This document shows, piece by piece, positions 40,369-49,163 of a stretch of DNA of 64,000 bases. The stretch lies in the IMG/VR virus record IMGVR_UViG_3300009370_000009, positions 26,383 to 90,382 of that record; one strand, written 5' to 3'. Positions within the stretch are counted from its first letter, which is position 1, and each line of letters opens with the position of its first letter. Position numbers and translations under genes: made by a program. Source of the DNA: a virus. A model generated the notes under the pieces. The model was not told the origin of the DNA. It did not search any database and worked only from the letters and a program-made list of their open reading frames with translations.

Positions 40369-40562
40369 GAGATTGGTATAGATGATGCCGGCCAGAAAAA
40401 TATATACTCAACTTGACGCAAGAAATAAGATAAAAGTGCTGGGCGCACTTAATGAAACACTCAATCATTCACTCAATCACTAGAGCAGACATTTCTGCCG
40501 CCTATTGCCGGCGATTGTCTGCACCTTTGATTGCCCCATTCCCAGGCGTTTATTGCCATGAA

Positions 40563-40601
40563 AAGCAAGAGTTTCTGTCGCGTTTCTCTCTATGATAGTC
40601 T
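40563..40601 (+). promoter_or_regulatory. Promoter of the AMGCAA-N27-TANNNT class
   Basis: AAGCAA 40563-68, 27 nt, TAGTCT 40596-601. Confidence 0.55.
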
Positions 40602-40729
40602 AGTGTTTGTGGGAGGGAATCACTCGACCAATTGCGAGAGTAACTTGAACGAAAACCTAAACTATAAGTTTGAAGGGGGTTCAAATCTACTCAAAGTAAT
40701 TGGTAAACATAAACCTGAAAGGGGGAGTT

Positions 40730-41149
40730 GTGGCTAGTAAATTGCGAAAGAAGAAGTGTGGTTGCGAAACCATAATCTCAATTCTTGGTGATCCTGAATT
40801 CGATAAGAATTGGGATGGGAAAGACATTAGTGTTTCTTGCGAGATTGATTATTTGTGCCAGAAGCACAAGGATGAGCTTTTGCTTAAGAAGTGGGCTGGT
40901 CATCACATTGTGGTGAATGGAAACGACTACGGTTTGGTTGTTGCTGTGGCCCAGGAAAACAATATAAGGTGTTTGGTTACTGATAAAGAGTATGCCATAC
41001 CTTATGCTGCCTATTTGAACTATCGAATTACCAATTGTGTTGATGAAGATGGTGAAAAGCTAGTTCATTACCCTGATGGTACTAGGTTGTCTAAGAGTAA
41101 TGTTGGACCTAAGTTTCCTGAACGGCGTAAGCGTAGTTATCCTAACTAG
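40730..41149 (+). CDS. Hypothetical protein
   Basis: GTG after GAAAGGGGGAG. Confidence 0.6.
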   Translation: MASKLRKKKCGCETIISILGDPEFDKNWDGKDISVSCEIDYLCQKHKDELLLKKWAGHHIVVNGNDYGLVVAVAQENNIRCLVTDKEYAIPYAAYLNYRITNCVDEDGEKLVHYPDGTRLSKSNVGPKFPERRKRSYPN

Positions 41150-41430
41150 AAAGGTAATACATTGAGTATTATTCGTTGTCGTTGTGATAAGTGCCGTAAG
41201 AATGATCCTAACGGTAGGGGTTTCATTTGGGAATACGTTGATGGAACCTGGAAGAAGTTGTACGCAGTAAAGGCATAGAAAGGAGTTACTGATATGCCTC
41301 AGAAATGCGCTAACTCAATGGATATGCGTGATCGTATTGGTTGCGATTGCGAAGAGTGTAAGCAATTCTGGATTGAATACTACAATGAGGTACCCAATCC
41401 GATTGAAGAAACTCTGTAGTAATTGGTTTC

Positions 41431-41512
41431 GCTCCAGTGGTGGAATTGGCATACACAACAGACTTAAAATCTGTCGCTGAAAAGCATAAGGGTTCGAGTC
41501 CCTTCTGGAGCA
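41431..41512 (+). tRNA. tRNA-Leu(TAA)
   Basis: GCTCCAG/CTGGAGC acceptor, acaga-cTTAAaa-tctgt, variable arm, GTTCGAGTCC. Confidence 0.92.
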
Positions 41513-41549
41513 CGCTTAAGTTAGTTTAATCTATTAGATTGGAGAGGTA

Positions 41550-41780
41550 ATGCTTGAGTTTGATATTGCTACGTTAAGTGAACTTATGGCTGAGGATGCC
41601 CTTCAGGATTACTATGATAGTATTGCTGAGGAGTTGCAATTAGATGATGATCCTGGTTTAGTTGAGGAAGATGGTCCTGTTTATTATGGTTGTCTTGAGT
41701 CGCTTAGCCATGAGGAATTGGTTTACAAGTATCAGATGCTTTCGATTGAGTTTGAGAGGTTGTCAAATGTCAGAAGTTGA
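41550..41780 (+). CDS. Hypothetical acidic protein
   Basis: GGAGAGG RBS. Confidence 0.55.
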   Translation: MLEFDIATLSELMAEDALQDYYDSIAEELQLDDDPGLVEEDGPVYYGCLESLSHEELVYKYQMLSIEFERLSNVRS

Positions 41781-41988
41781 AAACGAAGAGGTAGTAGAGA
41801 AGAAGTGGGTTGATCCAGCACTTTATTTCCCGAATAGGAGAGGTGGAGTGCGTAAGGCTAAGGGGCCGTTGTTGCCTGAGATTAGTCATTCCAGGAGAAT
41901 GGAAATTGAAGATAACTTGCGTAACCGTAGGTTGCGTTTGGAGGAAATCCGCGAGGAAAGGAAAAGGGATGCCGAATCTAACGTTTAG
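41767..41988 (+). CDS. Hypothetical protein
   Basis: ATG 41767 after GAGAGG. Confidence 0.5.
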   Translation: MSEVENEEVVEKKWVDPALYFPNRRGGVRKAKGPLLPEISHSRRMEIEDNLRNRRLRLEEIREERKRDAESNV

Positions 41989-42379
41989 TGAACGTCTGCA
42001 AAATTCTGTTAACGATTATTTCGCTGATGGGATTAAGGAACTGAAAGAGCGTTCCGAAAAGGGAGCAAAGTTGCTGGAAGAACAGCAAAGGAAGCAAGAA
42101 GAGTTTGTAGCTGAAGCATATAAGAGTTACATTCCTCCTAAGGGAATGCTCGAGTTGGGAGTGGGAGATTTCTTCTTCTTTCACAACTTCTTCATGAAGA
42201 ATGTTGGTGGATTCATGGAGGTATTTAGTTGGCGTTATGGTCAGTGTTTCTTCAACATATTGATGGATCATAACTGGCGTGTTGCAGAAAAGCTAAGGGG
42301 ATCTATTATTGATCCTTATCACAAAGATGAAGTCTCAGCAGAGGTTTGGGATTTCCTAATGGATCACTGGGAGGACTAG
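41969..42379 (+). CDS. Hypothetical protein
   Basis: WRYGQ..FN.L......AE.LRG...DP motif. Confidence 0.6.
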   Translation: MPNLTFSERLQNSVNDYFADGIKELKERSEKGAKLLEEQQRKQEEFVAEAYKSYIPPKGMLELGVGDFFFFHNFFMKNVGGFMEVFSWRYGQCFFNILMDHNWRVAEKLRGSIIDPYHKDEVSAEVWDFLMDHWED

Positions 42380-42383
42380 TAAC

Positions 42384-42587
42384 ATGAAGTCATTGCATTG
42401 GAAGAGTGAGTTGGTTTACTCTGATGACGTTACTGACGTTTATGAATCCCTGATGGGTATTCAGACCATTTGGAAGAAGGATGGTAGTGACAGGAATGGG
42501 GTTAGGGGTAAGGAGGGGACCAGTAAAATGGTTTACTTTGATCCTAAGCCTAGGGCTATGTCTTTGAAGAAGAAGTACCGTAAGTAA
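42384..42587 (+). CDS. Hypothetical protein
   Basis: GGAGG RBS. Confidence 0.5.
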   Translation: MKSLHWKSELVYSDDVTDVYESLMGIQTIWKKDGSDRNGVRGKEGTSKMVYFDPKPRAMSLKKKYRK

Positions 42588-42593
42588 GGGGGA

Positions 42594-43058
42594 ATGATGG
42601 ATTCTTTCTGTTACATATATATTGGGGGTACGGCTCCCTATAGTGAAAAGTGTGTTCTTGTCGGTCAGCCTGGATATGACTTTAGGGCTAAGTTGGAGGG
42701 ACAGCTTTTCATTGACCAGATTTATGCTTATTACGGTAAGCCTAAGGGATCTGGAGAGTTGAGGGTTGGTAAATCTTTAGATTATGATCCTGGCACATAC
42801 TACTCATTAGAGTATGGTTATTGTCAGAATGACAAGGTTGCTTTGGATTATGGGAACATGATCGAAAAGGATGACCAGAAAGCTTTGGCACGTTGGGATT
42901 CTTTGCGTGCTCCTTTGGCTAAGATGATTCGTGATATGAAAGAATTGTCTGACATTGAGGATTATCGTCGGCTAGTTCTCGAGACTTATCGTAACGAAAT
43001 TAATAAGGCTATCAATACTGTAAACGAGCGGTATGAAAAGGAGTATGGCCGGCTATGA
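42594..43058 (+). CDS. Hypothetical protein
   Basis: AP..E.C..VG.PGY...AK.E motif. Confidence 0.6.
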   Translation: MMDSFCYIYIGGTAPYSEKCVLVGQPGYDFRAKLEGQLFIDQIYAYYGKPKGSGELRVGKSLDYDPGTYYSLEYGYCQNDKVALDYGNMIEKDDQKALARWDSLRAPLAKMIRDMKELSDIEDYRRLVLETYRNEINKAINTVNERYEKEYGRL

Positions 43059-43687
43059 ATGTAAAAGAAACAGATCTGGGAACCTTTAAGGCATACCCAG
43101 GTGAAGACGGCAAGGTTTACTATCGCGATTCCGAATACGGTTATCTTGATAGTGAACAGGGTTACATCATGGGTGAAGTATCAAATAGCAGTAATGAGAT
43201 GGTTGTTATAAACAATAGGCAGCATCTTGTGTTTGTTAGTTATCCTGATGGTGAATGGGTTACGACTGGGAAAATGATTCCAAGAGAAAGTGGGATTATT
43301 AGTGACCCTGAGAGAGTGTTTAATCCTGGAGAACCGGTAAGGTTTATGATTCCTCTTGTCCTCGAGATTTGTATAAGGTGTAGGGGTAAGGGAACTATGG
43401 CCAATCCGTCATTTAATGGTACAACTATTGAGTGGTGGAAAGAGCAAGGTGGACCTGATTGGCAGGAAGATCTTGACGAATACATTCATGGTGATCTTTA
43501 CGATGTTGAGTGTGAATTTCATTGCGACCAGGGTAAGGCTTGGGGTATTGATTGGGCATACTTGATGAATCAGTGGAAAGATGATCCTGTAGTTGCCAAT
43601 AAGCGTGCCGATGAGATTAGGCAGCGGGTTGGGGATTATTATGACTATATGGCAGAGCGTGCCAGTGAAGAAAGATGGGGTTACTAA
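43055..43687 (+). CDS. Hypothetical protein with DnaJ-like Cys motif
   Basis: CIRCRGKG...YDVECEFHC.QG. Confidence 0.6.
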   Translation: MNVKETDLGTFKAYPGEDGKVYYRDSEYGYLDSEQGYIMGEVSNSSNEMVVINNRQHLVFVSYPDGEWVTTGKMIPRESGIISDPERVFNPGEPVRFMIPLVLEICIRCRGKGTMANPSFNGTTIEWWKEQGGPDWQEDLDEYIHGDLYDVECEFHCDQGKAWGIDWAYLMNQWKDDPVVANKRADEIRQRVGDYYDYMAERASEERWGY

Positions 43688-44001
43688 TGTCTAGTGACAG
43701 CGTTGAATTTGGTGTTCCTCTTGAGTATGTGGATGACACATACGAAGGAGTGTGTGCTGAGATTCAGTATAGGGAAAACAGAAATGGTGAGGGTCCGGTT
43801 CATTCTGATCTTTGCCCAACAAATCATGAATTCAGCAGTATTGATGCGGAAATGCGTGAAATGTATCATCGCTGTTTGGATGAGTGGTTGAATAACTCTA
43901 AGGGTACTGGTCATTTCTTTATTGGAGATGCCAGAACGATTAGGTTTATTCCATCCGAAGATGAAAAGGCTGCGTTGCAGCTTATTAACGAAGCATTCTG
44001 A
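43687..44001 (+). CDS. Hypothetical protein
   Basis: TAATG coupling. Confidence 0.55.
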   Translation: MSSDSVEFGVPLEYVDDTYEGVCAEIQYRENRNGEGPVHSDLCPTNHEFSSIDAEMREMYHRCLDEWLNNSKGTGHFFIGDARTIRFIPSEDEKAALQLINEAF

Positions 44002-44009
44002 GAGGAATC

Positions 44010-45533
44010 ATGTATATCAAGATTACGAATGAGACTGAAGGATTTTCTAGGCTTTACCTGGAACTTCTAGGTGTCTCTACAAAAAGAGATAACGATGACA
44101 CTATTGGCCAGTTTGGATCGGGGACTAAGTTTGCTCCTATCTATGCTTTAAGAAATGGCTGGGAGTGGGTTAATACAGGACATGATGAAGATGGACTGTA
44201 TACGATGTGGTACGATATTGACAACGATAATCCTGCTGGAATTGACGTTGTTCAGTTCGTGTATGAGGATGAGGATAGGTGTAGAGTAGTGAAGAACTCA
44301 TCCTATTCTAGTGGCGCTGGGGAATTGGGATGGGATTCACCATTCCAAATCTTTAGGGAGGCGTTCGCCAATGCTTTGGATGCTCATTATGAGTTTGGTT
44401 CAAAGTATTGGATTGATCTGGTTGAAGAAGTTGGCCAGCCTAAGTGGGGCGAATTCTCAGTGTATATTACTGCTGATGATGGACTCCTAGAAATCTATAA
44501 TAACTTTGATAGGTACTTCTCTATCAACAGGACTGACGTTATCCATGAGGATACTCTTGGGGCAAAGATTTACGAGAAGTTGCCTGGAGAAAAAGAGGGT
44601 GGCGTAAGGATTTACCATAAGGGTGTCCTTGTGTATGGTCCTGAAATAGACGGTCTGATGTGCCAATCTCTTTACGATTATGACTTGCCTAAGGTTTCCC
44701 TCAATGAGGAGAGAACTTTAAAGTCTGTCGTAAGTAATGAGTTGAAGGCTATCGCTGAACTCTTTGGTGCCAATCAGAAGTATTGGGACAAGGGCATCTC
44801 AAAAGTTGTCAATGACATTGTTGATAAAGCTGCATATAATGATAATGATGGTGTGTTTGAGTGGAGAAATGCGCCATATGTATGGGCTATGTCTAAGTAT
44901 GACGATTACTTCGATGTAGAAGATGACAGTTGCTTTGGCCATGTGTTCACTAAAAAGTGCATGGAAGAGTATACGGATAGCGTCACTCCAGAAGTTGCTT
45001 TCGTATCAGAGGATGCTGCCGGTTTCGGAGAGATTTATATGAAACTGAAGGAACGTGGTTATGTGGGAATCACTGTTTCTAAGGCAATGTATAACCTTCT
45101 GGAGTCAACAGGTGCTAAGGACAGAATGGATAAGAATGTTCTTGGCGCTGAGTTTGATAACGACTTTGTTGAACTTGAGCCTAGGGATCAGAGATTCTTT
45201 GACCTGGCGCAAGAGACATTGGTTTCCTATGACATGGATATTCTGTGTTATCCTATCAAGGTGATCAAGTCAACAGAGAGAAATAAGCATATCCTGGGTA
45301 AGGCTGTCATTGAGGAAGATGGAGGGTTTATCATTCTCAATGAAAGTCTGATCAAGTCTAGGAATATGAAACAGCTTGTGGCTACGATGGTTCATGAGTT
45401 GGATCATTTGATTTCGGAAGTTGGCGATAATACTCGAGAGTTTAGGGATGTTGCTGATAGCCGTTTGGGTGAACTAATCTTGAAGCATTATTGCGACAAG
45501 AGCCATCTTCTTTCTATTATGAGAGAGGAGTAG
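44010..45533 (+). CDS. GHKL (Hsp90-like) ATPase with permuted motif order and C-terminal HExxH domain
   Basis: LLGVSTKR...IGQFGSGTK; FREAFANALDA; TMVHELDH. Confidence 0.7.
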   Translation: MYIKITNETEGFSRLYLELLGVSTKRDNDDTIGQFGSGTKFAPIYALRNGWEWVNTGHDEDGLYTMWYDIDNDNPAGIDVVQFVYEDEDRCRVVKNSSYSSGAGELGWDSPFQIFREAFANALDAHYEFGSKYWIDLVEEVGQPKWGEFSVYITADDGLLEIYNNFDRYFSINRTDVIHEDTLGAKIYEKLPGEKEGGVRIYHKGVLVYGPEIDGLMCQSLYDYDLPKVSLNEERTLKSVVSNELKAIAELFGANQKYWDKGISKVVNDIVDKAAYNDNDGVFEWRNAPYVWAMSKYDDYFDVEDDSCFGHVFTKKCMEEYTDSVTPEVAFVSEDAAGFGEIYMKLKERGYVGITVSKAMYNLLESTGAKDRMDKNVLGAEFDNDFVELEPRDQRFFDLAQETLVSYDMDILCYPIKVIKSTERNKHILGKAVIEEDGGFIILNESLIKSRNMKQLVATMVHELDHLISEVGDNTREFRDVADSRLGELILKHYCDKSHLLSIMREE

Positions 45534-45539
45534 GCTACA

Positions 45540-45612
45540 GGGGGTGTAACTCAATTGGTAGAGTAGCGGACTTTTAATCCGAAAGTTGTGGGTTCGATTC
45601 CCACCACCCCCA
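45540..45612 (+). tRNA. tRNA-Lys(TTT)
   Basis: GGGGGTG/CACCCCC acceptor, cgga-ctTTTaa-tccg, GTTCGATTCC. Confidence 0.92.
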
Positions 45613-45713
45613 CGATAAGAATATGTATTCAAGTTATCCATCCGGTAAGATAAAAAATGCCGGGTGCAGTTATTAGTTTAGCCAATAATGCTTGAGAGGA
45701 TCAGGTAATACAA

Positions 45714-46085
45714 ATGAGTAAGACAATTGATGGGCATAGAGCAGAAAGGAGCACAGAAGAAGTGTACGATTCTGGCAAACATTCTTTCTGTGATAGGTGC
45801 GAGTGTCAGGTGGATAGGGTTTTCTCTGACTCAGAGCTTGAGGGTACGGATAGACAGGTAAGTAATGGTTTGCATGTCTTTACCTCAGGGTATTATGGTG
45901 GCTTTTGGGATACCATGTCTTTTATGGGCGAGGGTCCAGTAGGGGTAACTCTTTGCCATGATTGTTCTGTTTGGTTGTGTAATGAAATTCCGGCTTTTGC
46001 TAAAGAAGCAAAGGGTGGTCATGGTTTTGATTCAAATGAGCAAGATAGGTGTTGTGAATACGCCTTCGATTATACAAGGGGATAG
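45714..46085 (+). CDS. Cys-rich hypothetical protein
   Basis: CDRC...GYYGGFWD...LCHDC. Confidence 0.6.
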   Translation: MSKTIDGHRAERSTEEVYDSGKHSFCDRCECQVDRVFSDSELEGTDRQVSNGLHVFTSGYYGGFWDTMSFMGEGPVGVTLCHDCSVWLCNEIPAFAKEAKGGHGFDSNEQDRCCEYAFDYTRG

Positions 46086-46088
46086 GTA

Positions 46089-46475
46089 GTGACTGTAGTA
46101 CGAGGTTTACAAACCTGGCAGTTGAACTTTTCAATTGAGGTTGAAGATGAAGACCAGGCAAACTGTATGTTTGATTTAATCTCTAATACTCTTTCTGATG
46201 CCGGAAAGACTCAATGGAGCGGTAAGATGTATCGTGATTTAGATATGGAGAGAGCTCTAGAGGTATTTCGGCAGCATAAAGAAGAGATTCTCTCTTCTTT
46301 GCCAGTAGAGGTTGTTCAGCAATTCTATCCAGATAGTGTTCCTGTTAGTGATGAGATAGCAGAGAAGTATGCTCATCTGAGTCCAGAGACTCAAAGGTCT
46401 ATGCAACGTAAGCACAATAGTTTATTGCCACACTTGGAAGTAGTTCCAGATTTGGAGGAAGATTATGATGAGTGA
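46089..46475 (+). CDS. Hypothetical protein
   Basis: + strand ORF. Confidence 0.5.
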   Translation: MTVVRGLQTWQLNFSIEVEDEDQANCMFDLISNTLSDAGKTQWSGKMYRDLDMERALEVFRQHKEEILSSLPVEVVQQFYPDSVPVSDEIAEKYAHLSPETQRSMQRKHNSLLPHLEVVPDLEEDYDE

Positions 46476-46926
46476 CCGTGATAGGATGTGGGTAGAAAAG
46501 CAGACATCTATGATGCTTCCGCAATACTATTCCGATAAAGAGGCTGCAAAGGCAAAGTTTGTAGCAGCTAAAATGTTCAAGTTGAATAGTGATACTATCC
46601 GAAAGTCTGGGCATGCGCATTATATGTATGGGAATAGTGCTGATATCTTGAACAGGCTAAAGGAAAAGCGATTGCATGATCTCAAGGTTGAGAGAAACAT
46701 AAGGATCTTCTTTGGTATTATTCCTGAGCCTGGTTATTTGAGAATTCCTTATGACATCATACTGATGATTGACAGGGTATTGTTTGGCAAGGATAGTAGT
46801 TATAGGCGAAGGGTATTTGGAATGACTCCTTGGCCTATGAAGCCATTTTATAGACTTTATGATTGGCAGCATTCTAGGTGGGTAGAAAAGCAACCGCTTG
46901 ATCCTAAGTGGATGGAGGTAAAGTAG
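46465..46926 (+). CDS. Hypothetical protein
   Basis: + strand ORF with GGAGG. Confidence 0.55.
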   Translation: MMSDRDRMWVEKQTSMMLPQYYSDKEAAKAKFVAAKMFKLNSDTIRKSGHAHYMYGNSADILNRLKEKRLHDLKVERNIRIFFGIIPEPGYLRIPYDIILMIDRVLFGKDSSYRRRVFGMTPWPMKPFYRLYDWQHSRWVEKQPLDPKWMEVK

Positions 46927-46928
46927 TT

Positions 46929-47177
46929 ATGTCAGGAGTGGAAGACTTTTGGAATTCGATTACGGATACCGTTAAAGTTGATACTGCACCATGCTTTCTT
47001 TGTGGGAAAAGTGGTCAGGTAGAGATGTTGGTTCACCATTATCTTGAGTGGCAAAATGGTGGATTAATTAACATGGTGTGTCCCGAAATGCCGGCTGAAC
47101 AAAGAGAAATGCTCATTAGTGGGACGCATCCTGAATGTTGGAATACTTTGTACGAAAACGATGAGGAGGAGGGTTAA
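46929..47177 (+). CDS. Small zinc-binding protein
   Basis: CFLCG...REMLISGTHPECW. Confidence 0.65.
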   Translation: MSGVEDFWNSITDTVKVDTAPCFLCGKSGQVEMLVHHYLEWQNGGLINMVCPEMPAEQREMLISGTHPECWNTLYENDEEEG

Positions 47178-47352
47178 TGATGACGATAACCCTGGAAGAA
47201 ATGATTCGTGATGCTGCGATAAGCATTGTGTATAGCGATGAGAGCTACCATAAGGCATCGTTTAGTTCAGAGATTGTGAAAATGAATGCCATTGTAAGAA
47301 CTTTACTTCATAATGAGGTTAAGGATCTAGAACGACGGAAGGAAAAAGAAGC

Positions 47353-47544
47353 ATGACTAGAGCAGAAGCGTTGGTGATTTGGAGATCTATGAGTGTCTCT
47401 GATCAAGAGAAGTTGTGGGCACATAACTGTGATAACTCTAATGATTTCACTAGAACATGGACATTTGGTATGTTTAGGGCATCCACTTCGGTAATGTGGA
47501 AGGCTATGTGTAGGTTTCACGGAGAGGAAATGGTGGGCCGATAA
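47353..47544 (+). CDS. Hypothetical protein
   Basis: + strand ORF. Confidence 0.45.
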   Translation: MTRAEALVIWRSMSVSDQEKLWAHNCDNSNDFTRTWTFGMFRASTSVMWKAMCRFHGEEMVGR

Positions 47545-47656
47545 TGAGCAAGAAGAAGAAGTTCAACAGATTCAGCAAGGCAAACTATTGGGCAAACAAG
47601 CGTGTAACCCCTAAGGGTTACAGTAGAATTTCGTGGCCAAAAGGGAGGAACAACTA

Positions 47657-47932
47657 ATGCCTTATTACGCTAATGTTTATGAGGTGGATAGGTGTTATGG
47701 TGGGCAAGAGGAAGGTGGTTGGTGGTTCACTACTTATACACCTAAGGTTAGCCGTAAGTGTTGGACTAAGTTTGGGGCAGAGTTCAGGCTTGGTTTGTTG
47801 AAGGATAAGTTTGACAAGATTGAGCCGGAATGGGATTTGCATTCTGTCAACTATGACGGTGGTGTATTTGATTTCCGTGTAGAGAAGAATGAGGCTGAAC
47901 ATGAGCCACAGGGTCCAGTTCATTATGCGTAA
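47657..47932 (+). CDS. Conserved small phage protein
   Basis: NVYEVDRCYGGQEEGGWWF. Confidence 0.7.
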   Translation: MPYYANVYEVDRCYGGQEEGGWWFTTYTPKVSRKCWTKFGAEFRLGLLKDKFDKIEPEWDLHSVNYDGGVFDFRVEKNEAEHEPQGPVHYA

Positions 47933-47964
47933 GTGTTCAGATTGCAAGAAGGTCTATAAAGATT

Positions 47965-48121
47965 TACTGGGCTAGCCATTATTCCTTTCAATGGTGAAGG
48001 GAAACCTGCTGTCTATTCTTGCTAGTCGTGTGGCGAGAATGGAACGTTAAATGGATTTGGAGTGTTAGGGTAGAAAATGATACTTCATACGTCATGTATC
48101 CTAAAGGTTTCCCGCCCAGTA
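47965..48121 (+). ncRNA. Candidate structured ncRNA immediately 5' of tRNA-Arg
   Basis: Nested helices TACTGGGC/GCCCAGTA and GGGAAACCT/AGGTTTCCC plus three internal hairpins; no ORF; strand inferred from context. Confidence 0.55.
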
Positions 48122-48124
48122 TTT

Positions 48125-48198
48125 GCCCTATTAGCTCAATTGGATAGAGCAACAGATTTCTACTCTGTAGGTTGAGGGTTCGATTCCTTCATAGGGCG
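48125..48198 (+). tRNA. tRNA-Arg(TCT)
   Basis: GCCCTAT/ATAGGGC acceptor, acaga-ttTCTac-tctgt, GTTCGATTCC. Confidence 0.92.
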
Positions 48199-48312
48199 CT
48201 AAAAATTCATTCAAGTTGGCTAAGGGAAAGGCAAGAAAACGCCGGGAGGAAAAAGGTAAAAGTTGAGAAAAGTGGTCAAAATGTACAAAAAGTATTACAA
48301 TTGGAGGCAATT

Positions 48313-48936
48313 ATGAGCCAAATTAGACAAGATTATGCCGGTTCTGATGAACATATCATTGAAATGGCCAATTTGAGTATGAAGCGTCCCGATGATTTTG
48401 GTTATTGGGGTAGCATAGATATGTTTAATTCCTGGGGATTTGCTGGGATTGATCTATCAAGAGATGCTACATGTTTAGATGAGTCAAACTTCCAGGCATT
48501 TCATCGGGATATCGTTCCAAAGTATCCTGACGATTTTACTGTGGAGAACTTTGGACATTGGGCAGTAGGTAGTTTAGATAGAACACTTGTTCGTGTGTTG
48601 AAAGATGAGCATGGGGATGTAGAGGTTGAAAACATTACTGATGCCTTTATTGAGACACTTGAGATTCTGGAAGCTCTTCAGGATTACTGTGTGTTGGATG
48701 ATGGTTTGTATTTTGATGCTGAACATAAGAAGTTGATTGAAAATATTGAGTGGTATTGCACACAGTTCAAGGCTGATGAAATAAATCAGAATGGTGCTGA
48801 ATGGGTCGAGGATATACTTTCTAAGTTGTACGAGATGGAAGTTGAGTTATGTCCTGATGCTGAACTGTACCCTACAGAAGAAGAATTAGAAGAAGCCGCC
48901 AAAGAGTTAGGTATATGGAATGGGAATACAGAGTAG
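48313..48936 (+). CDS. Conserved hypothetical acidic protein
   Basis: SRD...LDESNF...HWAVG...L.DY.VLD; ATG 48313 after GGAGG. Confidence 0.65.
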   Translation: MSQIRQDYAGSDEHIIEMANLSMKRPDDFGYWGSIDMFNSWGFAGIDLSRDATCLDESNFQAFHRDIVPKYPDDFTVENFGHWAVGSLDRTLVRVLKDEHGDVEVENITDAFIETLEILEALQDYCVLDDGLYFDAEHKKLIENIEWYCTQFKADEINQNGAEWVEDILSKLYEMEVELCPDAELYPTEEELEEAAKELGIWNGNTE

Positions 48937-49038
48937 TATTAGACCAGATAATTCGGAAACGTTTACATTGAAAGAGATTCTTGAGGCCAGAAAGGAGGAT
49001 GAAGAAGAGGAAGAAGAGGAGTAATTATTATGCTTTAT

Positions 49039-49112
49039 GGGGCAGTAGCATAAAAGGTAAATGCACAGTTCTTATAAAGCTGAGAGAGTGGGTTCAATTC
49101 CCACCTGCCCTA
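49039..49112 (+). tRNA. tRNA-Ile(TAT)
   Basis: GGGGCAG/CTGCCCT acceptor, cagtt-ctTATaa-agctg, GTTCAATTCC. Confidence 0.88.
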
Positions 49113-49163
49113 CGTGAATTTATTTGTATTGCCAATAATATATGGAGAGTAAGGAATTAGATA

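Noticed and set aside
41310-41513. 67-aa antisense ORF; also the upstream extension of the 48172 ORF
   Set aside because: They overlap the tRNA-Leu and tRNA-Arg genes respectively.
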